DNA of 17,901 bases from Campylobacterales bacterium. GTDB lineage: Bacteria > Campylobacterota > Campylobacteria > Campylobacterales > Sulfurimonadaceae. A program made the translations under genes and the position numbers. Below the pieces are notes generated by a model. The model was given only the letters and a program-made list of their open reading frames with translations. It was not told where the DNA came from and made no database searches. The stretch is taken from assembly GCA_038205935.1 (NCBI GenBank), contig JBBRBK010000039.1, positions 1 through 17,901 on the forward strand. The letters run 5' to 3'. Of the stretch, positions 1-8,503 are shown one piece after another. The number at the start of each line of letters is the position of its first letter. Positions within the stretch are counted from its first letter, which is position 1.

Positions 1-200
1 TGGATGGTATCATTTGAAATTGGGTAAGTTCCCAAAAATGTAGCATTTTTTGGGATATAAAAGGGAAAGACCCCTTTTGGAGCGGCTTCATCTGCTGTGA
101 TAATATCTTTAAAATCTTCAATCTCTCCGGCTTGCTTGAGATGAAGCGCAAAGTTTCCGGCGATGCCGAGTCCTAAAAAATTTCTATAATCTTTCTCCAA
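1..200 (-). CDS. 5' part of a DUF5718-like conserved hypothetical protein (runs off the left edge)
   Basis: Not in the ORF track. Manual translation from TTG at 200 (AGGA SD at 207-210) gives MEKDYRNFLGLGIAGNFALHLKQAGEIEDFKDIITADEAAPKGVFPFYIP..., open to the window edge. The G-[IV]-AGNFAxHLxQAGE and APKGxFPFY motifs match my recollection of DUF5718. Confidence 0.75.
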   Translation of the reverse strand, partial: MEKDYRNFLGLGIAGNFALHLKQAGEIEDFKDIITADEAAPKGVFPFYIPKNATFLGTYPISNDTI

Positions 201-226
201 AATGAATCCTTTTTTAAAAAAGTTTT

Positions 227-1840
227 TTACACGTAGTCAAGTGTCCCAGCGTGCTTTGCTTCTGCGTACTCTTCATAAGTACCTTTGAAATCTATATATC
301 TTCCATCAGGCATAATCTCGATAACACGGTTTGCAAATGCATCTAGTAGCTCACGGTCATGTGACACACAAATAACATTTCCCTCAAAGTTAAAAAGACC
401 CTCGCCTAAAGCAACGATAGCCTCAAGGTCAAGGTGGTTACTTGGCTCATCTAGAACTAAAAAGTTCCCTTGCTCAAGCATCAGCTTTGAAAGCATCATT
501 CTGTGTTTTTCACCACCTGAGATTTTTTCAACCGATTTTTCTTGTTGTTCACCGCTAAAAAGCATACGTCCAAGACAGTTTCTTATCTCTGAAATATCAC
601 GTTTTGGATCATATCCGCGTAACCATTCATAGAGCGTTCCATCACCAGAAATCTGATCTGCGGTGTCTTGAGGAAAATAGCTTCGTTCAACCGTCGCACC
701 CCATAGTACAGTTCCTGACGTTGGTTTAATCTCTTCCATTATCACTTTACATAAACTAGTCTTACCAACACCGTTAGAACCAATAAGTGCTATTTTTTCA
801 CCCGGCTCAATTCTGATAGTCATATCTTTTAAAACTTCTAGATCTCCATAAGAAAGAGAAACATTTTCAACGATCAAGGCTTCATCACCCATCTGACGTT
901 TTGGTTTAAAAACGATACTTGGATCACGGCGAGAAGATGGTTTGATATCTTCTATTGTTAATTTATCAAGTTGTTTTTGTCTTGAAGTTGCTTGTTTTGC
1001 TTTTGATGCATTTGCGCTAAAGCGGCGAACGAAAGCTTCAAGGTCTTCTTTTTCTTTGACTTTTTTAGCATTGTCAGATTCCATTTGACTTGCAATTACA
1101 TTTGCCGCAAGATACCAATCATCATAAGTTCCCGTAAATTCACGAATCTTTTGATAATCAACATCCAAAATATGTGTCACAACAGAGTTTAAAAAGTGTC
1201 TATCGTGAGAGATAACTACGAGTGTTCCATCGTGGCGTTGAAGCTCGTTTTCTAGCCAAGCAATTGATTCCATATCGAGGTTGTTCGTAGGCTCATCGAG
1301 GAACAAGATATCTGGTTTTGGAAATAAAACCTGTGCAAGTAAAACTTTGAATTTATCAGAACTTTTTAAACTTGACATAAGGTCATAATGATGCTCAGCC
1401 CCAATGCCAACATTTTCCAAAACTTTTGCAATGTTAATCTCATATTCATAAGTCGGATCTTCTTCCACGGAGATCATTTCTAGTTCTGCAAGACGGTCGT
1501 TTACAGCATCATCTTCAAAATCGCCTGTTTCATAAAGTTTTTCTTTCTCTTTTACCGCGTCATATAAACGTTTGTTTCCAAATAAAACAGCGTCCATAAT
1601 CGTGTAGTTTTCATAAGCAAACTGGTTTTGTCCCAAAGTTCCGACTTTAAGACCTGAACCGATGATGATATCGCCTTCAAACTCTTTATTTTCACCACTG
1701 AGGATATTTAAAAAAGTTGTTTTTCCAGCACCGTTTGCACCGATAAGACCATATCTTTTATGGCGGTCAAGTTTGATATTGATATTTTCAAACAGGATTC
1801 TATTTCCGAATCTTTTTGTAAGTTTTATTGTTTTTAGCAT
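227..1840 (-). CDS. ABC-F family ribosome-associated ATPase (YbiT-like), ~537 aa
   Basis: Two ABC domains (GANGAGKT...LFLDEP...ISHDR; GSNGVGKT...ISGGEK...LVLDEP...VSHDR), no TM segments, interdomain linker FVRRFSANASKAKQATSR typical of the YbiT subfamily. Start placed at ATG 1840 (purine-rich AGAGAAG upstream) rather than TTG 1879. Confidence 0.92.
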   Translation of the reverse strand: MLKTIKLTKRFGNRILFENINIKLDRHKRYGLIGANGAGKTTFLNILSGENKEFEGDIIIGSGLKVGTLGQNQFAYENYTIMDAVLFGNKRLYDAVKEKEKLYETGDFEDDAVNDRLAELEMISVEEDPTYEYEINIAKVLENVGIGAEHHYDLMSSLKSSDKFKVLLAQVLFPKPDILFLDEPTNNLDMESIAWLENELQRHDGTLVVISHDRHFLNSVVTHILDVDYQKIREFTGTYDDWYLAANVIASQMESDNAKKVKEKEDLEAFVRRFSANASKAKQATSRQKQLDKLTIEDIKPSSRRDPSIVFKPKRQMGDEALIVENVSLSYGDLEVLKDMTIRIEPGEKIALIGSNGVGKTSLCKVIMEEIKPTSGTVLWGATVERSYFPQDTADQISGDGTLYEWLRGYDPKRDISEIRNCLGRMLFSGEQQEKSVEKISGGEKHRMMLSKLMLEQGNFLVLDEPSNHLDLEAIVALGEGLFNFEGNVICVSHDRELLDAFANRVIEIMPDGRYIDFKGTYEEYAEAKHAGTLDYV

Positions 1841-1861
1841 TTTCTTCTCTGTAGTGGAGTT

Positions 1862-1898
1862 ATTGTCACATTGTGGCAATTATATAAACGCGATTATA
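1862..1898 (-). promoter_or_regulatory. Candidate sigma70 -10 boxes and an imperfect palindrome upstream of the ABC-F gene
   Basis: TATAAT on the minus strand at 1898-1893 and 1884-1879; ATTGTCACA-T-TGTGGCAAT dyad (8/9 match) at 1862-1880. Confidence 0.45.
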
Positions 1899-1910
1899 TC
1901 TAAGCGATCA

Positions 1911-2375
1911 TTAATACGCCATTAAGTGCTTGTTACACTTTTTGTATTTTATGCCGGAACCACAAGGACAAGGCTCATTTCGCTCGACTTTAGAATTGAT
2001 AAAACTCCCTTTGTCGTATTCCCAGATTCCATCACTTTTAACAAAATCACTTCTTTCATGAAGTAAAACGATTTCACTGTTTTCAAGATAATAGGCCTTA
2101 AATTCAACAATACCATCAAACTCATTTTCTTTGACATGTAAGACCTCCAGCTTCAACCATTTCACATTTTTACAAAACTCTTCAATGAGTGCAACATCAT
2201 CCTCGTATCTATGCTCTTTTGTCGCACTTTTTACAAGATAACTTCCATCTGCTATCACGTATGCACTGTAACGAGAGCGCATCAATTCTTCAGGGTTCAA
2301 AGCAATTTTTTCACCTGAGATAACAGCTCCACAGCACTCCCCAAAACTTTTATTTAAACCACAAAAACATTTCAT
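1911..2375 (-). CDS. ychJ: YchJ family protein with N-terminal CxC...CC and C-terminal SEC-C motif
   Basis: CFCG...CC N-terminus, PEELMRSRYSAY, GIVEFKAYY, LHERSDF...W, and C-terminal RNEPCPCGSGIKYKKC. Confidence 0.9.
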   Translation of the reverse strand: MKCFCGLNKSFGECCGAVISGEKIALNPEELMRSRYSAYVIADGSYLVKSATKEHRYEDDVALIEEFCKNVKWLKLEVLHVKENEFDGIVEFKAYYLENSEIVLLHERSDFVKSDGIWEYDKGSFINSKVERNEPCPCGSGIKYKKCNKHLMAY

Positions 2376-2470
2376 CTTCTATCCATTTTATTTTATAATC
2401 TCGTAAGCATTTAACAACCAATATTGTAGTATGATTCTTCAAAGAAATGTTATGAATTTGTGACAATAAA

Positions 2471-4606
2471 GTGATAAAATATATGGAAATTTTTTCAAAA
2501 CTCAATGTTAAAGAAGTTTTAAACTATCTGCCAGATCCGATTATCATCGTTGATTCTTTAGGTACTATACGGTTTGCAAACAACCCTTTTTCAACTCTAC
2601 TCGGCTACAATGAAGATGAGCTTGATAATAAAAACATTATCAATTATCTTGTTGATAAGACGATATTCGAACAATGTATAACTAGTATTAAAGATAGTGA
2701 CGGATGTTCAGATCAAACAACCATATTTGTAGCTAAAAATGGGCACCACATCTACACAACTAAAAATGTACGATTTCTCAAAATTGGCGATCAGGAGTGT
2801 ATTTTTGTAAACATTCGCAATGTCAGCAATATTGATAAGCTCAATTATGAACTTCACAGTTCAAAAAAAGAGCTTGAAGCAAAGTCAAAAGAACTCTCAA
2901 TACTTCTAGATGACCATAAACAACAGATCGTAGAAAAACAGCTTCAACTCGATGAGATAGTAAATATTATAGACGAGATTATCTGGTATATTGATGATCA
3001 AACTATGGCTATCGAATATGTTTCAAATGCTATTGAGAGAATTTTTGGTGAAAATAAGAATAGTTTTTTAAATGGCTCTTCCCTTTGGATGGACATGATT
3101 CATCCAGAGGATCAACAAAAAGTTCAGAAGTTTTTTCACACCATTAAACCAAGTCAATCTGCTCTCATCGAATTTAGAATGATTAAAAAAGATGGTGTTG
3201 TGCGTTGGCTTTCAAGCACCATCAATCATCACAAATCTCTCAACTTTTTCATAGGTGTTACTCGAGATATCACACATGACAAAGAGGTGCAAGAAGAGAT
3301 GGAGTTTATGGCATTTCATGATGTACTAACAAGACTGCCAAACAGATCTTATTTAAAAAATGAGATTAATGCCCTCCTGCAAAAATCAACTACCATTGAG
3401 CAACATTTTGCTGTGCTCTTTTTAGATCTTGATAATTTCAAATATATTAATGATTCAATGGGACATGATATTGGCGATGAAATTCTTGTGGAAGTTGCCA
3501 AAAAGCTCATAAAGACTGTCGGTAAAAATACAATCTGTACAAGATTTGGCGGTGATGAGTTTGTTATCATCAGTAAAATACAAAACAAAAAAGATATTGC
3601 GATTAAAGCACAAAAGATCATAGATACCCTGAATGAACCTTTTATTGTCAATGACCATGAGTTTTTCATCTCATCTTCCATCGGCATCTCACTCTACCCC
3701 CAAGATGCTGCCAGTGCTACGGGACTTATCAAATCTGCAGATACTGCGATGTATGAAGCAAAAGTAGCTGGAAAAAATAGATTCAGCTTTTTTGACAAAT
3801 CAATGAACACCAATATTCAAGAGTTTCTTGATATGGAAACTCTCATCAAAGATGCACTCTTAAACAACTATTTTGAGCTCTACTTTCAACCGCTTATTGA
3901 TTCATCAACATCTACTCTTTATGGATTTGAAGCGCTTCTTAGACTGATCCATCCCGAACATGGCTTTATCTCTCCTGATAAGTTTATCCCAGTTGCTGAA
4001 GCGACAGGTGATATCCTAAAAATTAGTGCTTTTGTTATGAAAAGTGCTTGTCAATTTTCAAGCGAAATAAACGCTTTAAGTTCCCATGATATTTTTATTT
4101 CTTTAAATATCTCTGCTAGACAATTTAAAGAAAAACAGTTTGCCAGAGAGTTTTTAAAATGTGCTGCGGACTATGGTGCTGATCCTCGTCTTTTAAAAGT
4201 GGAAATGACAGAATCGGTGGTTATGGATAACATTACACTTGCTATTAAAGAATTGAATATTTTACGAAAAGCTGGAGTTCAAGTCGCACTTGATGATTTT
4301 GGAACAGGCTACTCATCCTTTGAATATCTTGCACAACTTCCAATCAACACGATCAAAATAGATAAATCTTTTATCATTCCGGTATTTGAGAAGAAAAGCA
4401 ACGAACATATCGTTATGGCTATCACTTCTTTGGCACATGCTCTCAATATGGATGTCATCGCAGAGGGTGTTGAAACCAACAAACATGTAGAGTATCTCAG
4501 GGATAACAAGATCGATATCTTGCAGGGCTTTTACTATTCCAAGGCAATACCTTCAAAACAGATTATCGAAAATATAGGCGAGTATAAAAAACTATTTAAT
4601 CTCTAG
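2471..4606 (+). CDS. Cytoplasmic PAS-PAS-GGDEF-EAL diguanylate cyclase/phosphodiesterase
   Basis: Two PAS-like regions (NxxFSTLLGY..EL; WMDMIHPED...EFRM..KDG...W), HDVLTRLPNR, DLDNFKYINDSMGH, intact GGDEF with no RxxD I-site, FEALLR, DDFGTGYSS, IKIDKSF, AEGVE, QGFYYS. Start is GTG 2471 or ATG 2483. Confidence 0.95.
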   Translation: MIKYMEIFSKLNVKEVLNYLPDPIIIVDSLGTIRFANNPFSTLLGYNEDELDNKNIINYLVDKTIFEQCITSIKDSDGCSDQTTIFVAKNGHHIYTTKNVRFLKIGDQECIFVNIRNVSNIDKLNYELHSSKKELEAKSKELSILLDDHKQQIVEKQLQLDEIVNIIDEIIWYIDDQTMAIEYVSNAIERIFGENKNSFLNGSSLWMDMIHPEDQQKVQKFFHTIKPSQSALIEFRMIKKDGVVRWLSSTINHHKSLNFFIGVTRDITHDKEVQEEMEFMAFHDVLTRLPNRSYLKNEINALLQKSTTIEQHFAVLFLDLDNFKYINDSMGHDIGDEILVEVAKKLIKTVGKNTICTRFGGDEFVIISKIQNKKDIAIKAQKIIDTLNEPFIVNDHEFFISSSIGISLYPQDAASATGLIKSADTAMYEAKVAGKNRFSFFDKSMNTNIQEFLDMETLIKDALLNNYFELYFQPLIDSSTSTLYGFEALLRLIHPEHGFISPDKFIPVAEATGDILKISAFVMKSACQFSSEINALSSHDIFISLNISARQFKEKQFAREFLKCAADYGADPRLLKVEMTESVVMDNITLAIKELNILRKAGVQVALDDFGTGYSSFEYLAQLPINTIKIDKSFIIPVFEKKSNEHIVMAITSLAHALNMDVIAEGVETNKHVEYLRDNKIDILQGFYYSKAIPSKQIIENIGEYKKLFNL

Positions 4607-4615
4607 GGGTAACGC

Positions 4616-6700
4616 ATGAAAAGTATCTACATTGCTTCAAGCAGTCAAAATGCAGGTAGCTTACTTGTCACGATGGGACTTATGGACATTATCAGCCGTA
4701 AAATCCATAAAGTTGCTTTTTTTAAACCCATCATTTCAAATGTAAAAGACTTAGATATCGAGTTTATTCGATCACGATATGCGCTTGATGTGAGCTACGA
4801 AGAGAGCTATGGCTTTGAGCTCTCTTATGTTCAAATGATGATTGCTAAAAATCAAACTGATGAACTCATCGAAGAACTCATCCTAAAATACAAACAACTT
4901 GAAGAAAAATATGATTTTATAGTCTGCCAAGGGATACAAAAAAGTTCTCTTATTCACTCTTTTGACTTTGATATCAATATAAAAATAGCTCAGAATTTTG
5001 CAACCCCCTTTGTCAATGTGATCAATGCAAAAGGCTTACATGCAGAGTACCCTATGGGTGTAAACGAACTCATTGAAATGTATGAGATCGATAAACAAAA
5101 TATTCTCTCACAAAAATGCTTTCATTTTGCAACTTTTATCAACCGTATCGATCCTTCAATCTATGAAGACCTCCAAGCAAAGCTTCCAAAAGAAAATCTC
5201 TATCTTCTGCGAGAGATTCCTGAACTTGACACTCCAACCATCGGAGATATCATAGATAATTTGGGAGCAAAAAAAGTTCTTCTTCAAAATGAAGATAGAA
5301 GTAAACTTGTTAAACAGATCAAAGTTGCGGCTTTGACTTTGAATAATTTTCTAAATCATATAGAAGATGGAGATCTTGTCGTTGTCCCAGCAGATAGATC
5401 TGAGATTATCATCGGACTTTTGTGTGCCTTGCAATCTCAAAATTTTGCAAGTATCTCTGGAGTTATCATCCCATTTGATATGGAAATACACCCAAATATC
5501 TTAGCGCTTATCAATGGTGTAAATGGATGCAGTTTTCCTATCATTAGCGTTGCCACAGACACCTATACAACAGCACTCAACATTACCGCAACAAAAGCAA
5601 AATTAAAATCCTATGATGAAAGAAAGATTGCTCTTTCCTTGGGACTTTTTAACGAAAATGTAGATATCAACGCCATAGAATCAAGGATCAGAGTCACAAC
5701 TTCACAAATCATGACACCGATGATGTTTGAATACAAGATCTCCTATATGGCAAAAAATGCTAACAAAACTATCGTACTGCCGGAGAGTGAAGATGATAGA
5801 ATCCTTCGTGCAACGGAGATTATCCTAAGACGCCACCTTGCAAAGATCATCCTTTTAGGCGATAGTGAAACCATAAAACAAAGATCGTTGCAACTTGGAC
5901 TTGATATTTCCCAAGCTCAAATCATTGACCCTTTTAAAAGCGAAAAACTTCAGGAATACTCTGAGATTTTCTACGAATCCAGAAAAGCAAAAGGTCTCTC
6001 TTTGCAGGCGGCTAAAGATGCTATGAATCATAAAACATATTTCGCGACTATGATGGTTCACACCGGAGAAGCAGATGCTATGGTCAGCGGAGCTTCACAC
6101 ACCACAGCGGACACAATTCGTCCAGCCCTTCAGATCATTAAGACACATCCAGATGTTTCCATCGTTTCAAGCCTCTTTTTTATGTGTTTAGATACGCAAG
6201 TCTTAGTCTACGCCGATTGTGCCATCATCCAAGACCCGACTGCAGAAGAACTTGCACAAATAGCGATCTCGACGGCAAAAACAGCATCACAGTTTGCCAT
6301 TGAGCCAAAAATAGCGATGCTTTCCTATTCGACTGGTGATTCAGGAGGCGGAGAGGATGTAGACAAAGTAAAAAAAGCGACTGAAATTATAAAAAAACAA
6401 TATCCCTCTTTGCTCATCGATGGACCCATACAGTATGACGCCGCCATCGATAAAGGAGTCGCAAAAGCAAAACTTCCAGATTCAAAAGTAGCAGGCGAGG
6501 CAAATATCTTTATCTTCCCCGATCTCAACACCGGAAACAATACTTATAAAGCTGTTCAGCGCTCCACTGGAGCCATCGCCATTGGGCCGATACTTCAAGG
6601 CCTCAACAAACCTGTGAACGATCTCAGCCGCGGATGCAGTGTCGCCGACATTGTAAACACAGTAGCCATTACGGCAATACAAGCAGGACAGATACAATGA
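4616..6700 (+). CDS. pta: Phosphate acetyltransferase, long (class II) form with N-terminal regulatory and DRTGG-like domains
   Basis: FFKPI N-terminal motif, VVVPADRSE (DRTGG-like), catalytic domain IVLPESED, MLSYSTG, DGPIQYDAA, FPDLNTGNNTYKAVQR, GPILQGLNKPVNDLSRG; adjacent to ackA. Confidence 0.97.
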   Translation: MKSIYIASSSQNAGSLLVTMGLMDIISRKIHKVAFFKPIISNVKDLDIEFIRSRYALDVSYEESYGFELSYVQMMIAKNQTDELIEELILKYKQLEEKYDFIVCQGIQKSSLIHSFDFDINIKIAQNFATPFVNVINAKGLHAEYPMGVNELIEMYEIDKQNILSQKCFHFATFINRIDPSIYEDLQAKLPKENLYLLREIPELDTPTIGDIIDNLGAKKVLLQNEDRSKLVKQIKVAALTLNNFLNHIEDGDLVVVPADRSEIIIGLLCALQSQNFASISGVIIPFDMEIHPNILALINGVNGCSFPIISVATDTYTTALNITATKAKLKSYDERKIALSLGLFNENVDINAIESRIRVTTSQIMTPMMFEYKISYMAKNANKTIVLPESEDDRILRATEIILRRHLAKIILLGDSETIKQRSLQLGLDISQAQIIDPFKSEKLQEYSEIFYESRKAKGLSLQAAKDAMNHKTYFATMMVHTGEADAMVSGASHTTADTIRPALQIIKTHPDVSIVSSLFFMCLDTQVLVYADCAIIQDPTAEELAQIAISTAKTASQFAIEPKIAMLSYSTGDSGGGEDVDKVKKATEIIKKQYPSLLIDGPIQYDAAIDKGVAKAKLPDSKVAGEANIFIFPDLNTGNNTYKAVQRSTGAIAIGPILQGLNKPVNDLSRGCSVADIVNTVAITAIQAGQIQ

Positions 6701-7782
6701 GAGCCCTTGTCCTAAACTCTGGCAGCTCTTCCATAAAATTTAAAATCTTTGATATGGGTTCTCAAAAAGTTTTAAATAAAGGAACAATAGAAGAGCTCAA
6801 AGGCAATCGCCATAAAGAGCTTGAAAAGATTATCAACTCTATGGAGAGAATTGATTTTATAGCTCATCGTGTTGTTCACGGCGGTCATACTTTTACACAA
6901 GCCACCATTATCGATGACGCAGTTATAAAAGCGATAGATGAACTTTCCCCTCTCGCTCCTTTACACAATCCTGCAAACTTGGATGGCATATTGACGGCAA
7001 AAGCTCTCGCTCCAAACACCCTACAAATAGCCGTTTTTGATACAGCCTTTCATGAAGATATGCCGCCTTCATCTTACATGTATGCCCTACCGCAGGAACT
7101 TTATACCAAATATAATGTTCGTCGTTACGGTTTTCACGGAACTTCACATAACTATCTTTTAAAAGAGTGCGCGAAACTTCTAAACAAAAGTATAGATGAA
7201 ACAAACATCATCACACTGCATCTTGGAAACGGCGCGAGTGCTACGGCTATAAAAAATGGAAAATCTTATGACACATCTATGGGTTTTACTCCGCTTGAAG
7301 GTCTTGTGATGGGAACAAGAAGCGGTGACTTTGATCCGGCGATTCTTTTGTATCTTCACAAACTCGGGCTTAACTATAAAGAGCTCGATGAACTTGTAAA
7401 CCAAAAGAGCGGACTTCTTGGAATATGTGGCAGCAGTGATGTCAGAGAAATCCTCGCTAGAGATGATGAGGATGCAAAACTAGCATTAGCAATTATGACA
7501 CAAAGAGTGAAAAAATATATAGGTTCCTACATTGCGATTCTCGGACGTGTAGATGCCATCGTCTTTAGCGGAGGTATCGGAGAAAATAGCTTACATGTAA
7601 GAAAGATGATACTTGATGGTCTTGACGCGGCATTTGATATTTACATGGACGAGGAAAAAAACAATAGGATAAAAGGCAATGCCGCTCTTTTCTCACAGGA
7701 GAAAAGTAAAATAGCTCTCTATGTTATCCCAACCGATGAAGAGTTGGAGATTGCGCATCAAGCCTTTGCTCTTTTGCAATAG
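6697..7782 (+). CDS. ackA: Acetate kinase, ~361 aa
   Basis: ATG 6697 overlaps the pta stop (ATGA). Motifs VLNSGSSSIK, HRVVHGG, LAPLHN, FDTAFH, RRYGFHGTSH, HLGNGAS, DTSMGFTPLEG, GGIGEN, TDEE. Confidence 0.97.
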   Translation: MRALVLNSGSSSIKFKIFDMGSQKVLNKGTIEELKGNRHKELEKIINSMERIDFIAHRVVHGGHTFTQATIIDDAVIKAIDELSPLAPLHNPANLDGILTAKALAPNTLQIAVFDTAFHEDMPPSSYMYALPQELYTKYNVRRYGFHGTSHNYLLKECAKLLNKSIDETNIITLHLGNGASATAIKNGKSYDTSMGFTPLEGLVMGTRSGDFDPAILLYLHKLGLNYKELDELVNQKSGLLGICGSSDVREILARDDEDAKLALAIMTQRVKKYIGSYIAILGRVDAIVFSGGIGENSLHVRKMILDGLDAAFDIYMDEEKNNRIKGNAALFSQEKSKIALYVIPTDEELEIAHQAFALLQ

Positions 7783-7807
7783 AATCTAATTCTGCCACAG
7801 ATTTTAC

Positions 7808-7829
7808 TAAAATCCCTTATGACCGATTT
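7808..7829 (+). promoter_or_regulatory. Putative sigma28 (FliA) promoter
   Basis: TAAA-atcccttatga-CCGATTT about 50 nt before ATG 7882 (strong AAAGGAG SD). Resembles the TAAA-N10/11-CCGAT epsilonproteobacterial sigma28 pattern. Confidence 0.6.
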
Positions 7830-7881
7830 TGTTTACATGTAAAGGCTGTTTATGAGTCTTAACAATTAAAGGAGAATTTTT

Positions 7882-8424
7882 ATGCAAGTAAATACAAATA
7901 TAAATCAGACAGATCTTTATACAAAATATGAAGAGGTGAAAATCCAAAAGAAAGAAGAACTCAAAACTAGTTATAGTGATCTCAAAGCACAACTTCAAAA
8001 AAATGCAACTGGATTTAGTACCCTTTCAATGGATGCTCAGGCAAAAGTTTCTGGTAGTGCTGAGGGGCAGATAGATCTAAATCAAAAAGATTTTCAAAGT
8101 TTTCTAAAAGATATAGGTTATAACGGAAAGAACATCGCTGATCTCTCACAAAGTGAAGCAAAAAAACTTGTGGCAGATGATGGATTTTTCGGTGTGGATC
8201 AAACGGCAAAAAGAATCTCTGACTTTGTTATCAATGGTGCAGGAAATGATGAGGGAATGCTTCGCGCAGGGCGAACTGGAATCATGCAAGGTTTTAAAGA
8301 AGCAGAAAAAGTCTGGGGCGGCAAACTTCCAGACATTAGCCAACAAACAATTACAAAAGCAACAGATCTCATCAATCAAAAGATGACTGATCTTGGATAT
8401 TCTATTCTAGACACGAATGCTTAA
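7882..8424 (+). CDS. Conserved hypothetical protein (DUF5610-like; homologs often mislabelled 'hydrogenase-4 component G')
   Basis: Clean 180-aa ORF with SD. C-terminal half LSQSEAKKLVADDGFFGVDQTAKRISDF...GFKEAEKVWGGKLPDIS..T resembles this family; no Fe-S cysteines. Confidence 0.7.
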   Translation: MQVNTNINQTDLYTKYEEVKIQKKEELKTSYSDLKAQLQKNATGFSTLSMDAQAKVSGSAEGQIDLNQKDFQSFLKDIGYNGKNIADLSQSEAKKLVADDGFFGVDQTAKRISDFVINGAGNDEGMLRAGRTGIMQGFKEAEKVWGGKLPDISQQTITKATDLINQKMTDLGYSILDTNA

Positions 8425-8503
8425 TTTATAAGCAATACTCTGCTTGATATAAGCTCTTTCATCGATATACTTTCGCTATAACTATTTATAGCAAGGAAAT
8501 AAG

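Noticed and set aside
1355..1375. Degenerate first ABC signature (LKSSDK) as a sign of pseudogenisation
   Set aside because: A non-canonical first signature is normal in YbiT-like ABC-F proteins; the frame and other motifs are intact.
1841..1879. 13-aa N-terminal extension of the ABC-F ORF
   Set aside because: The TTG start overlaps a -10 box and has no SD; the ABC domain begins at ATG 1840.
6634..6696. 21-aa N-terminal extension of AckA
   Set aside because: It lies inside pta; ATG 6697 gives the canonical AckA start with ATGA coupling.
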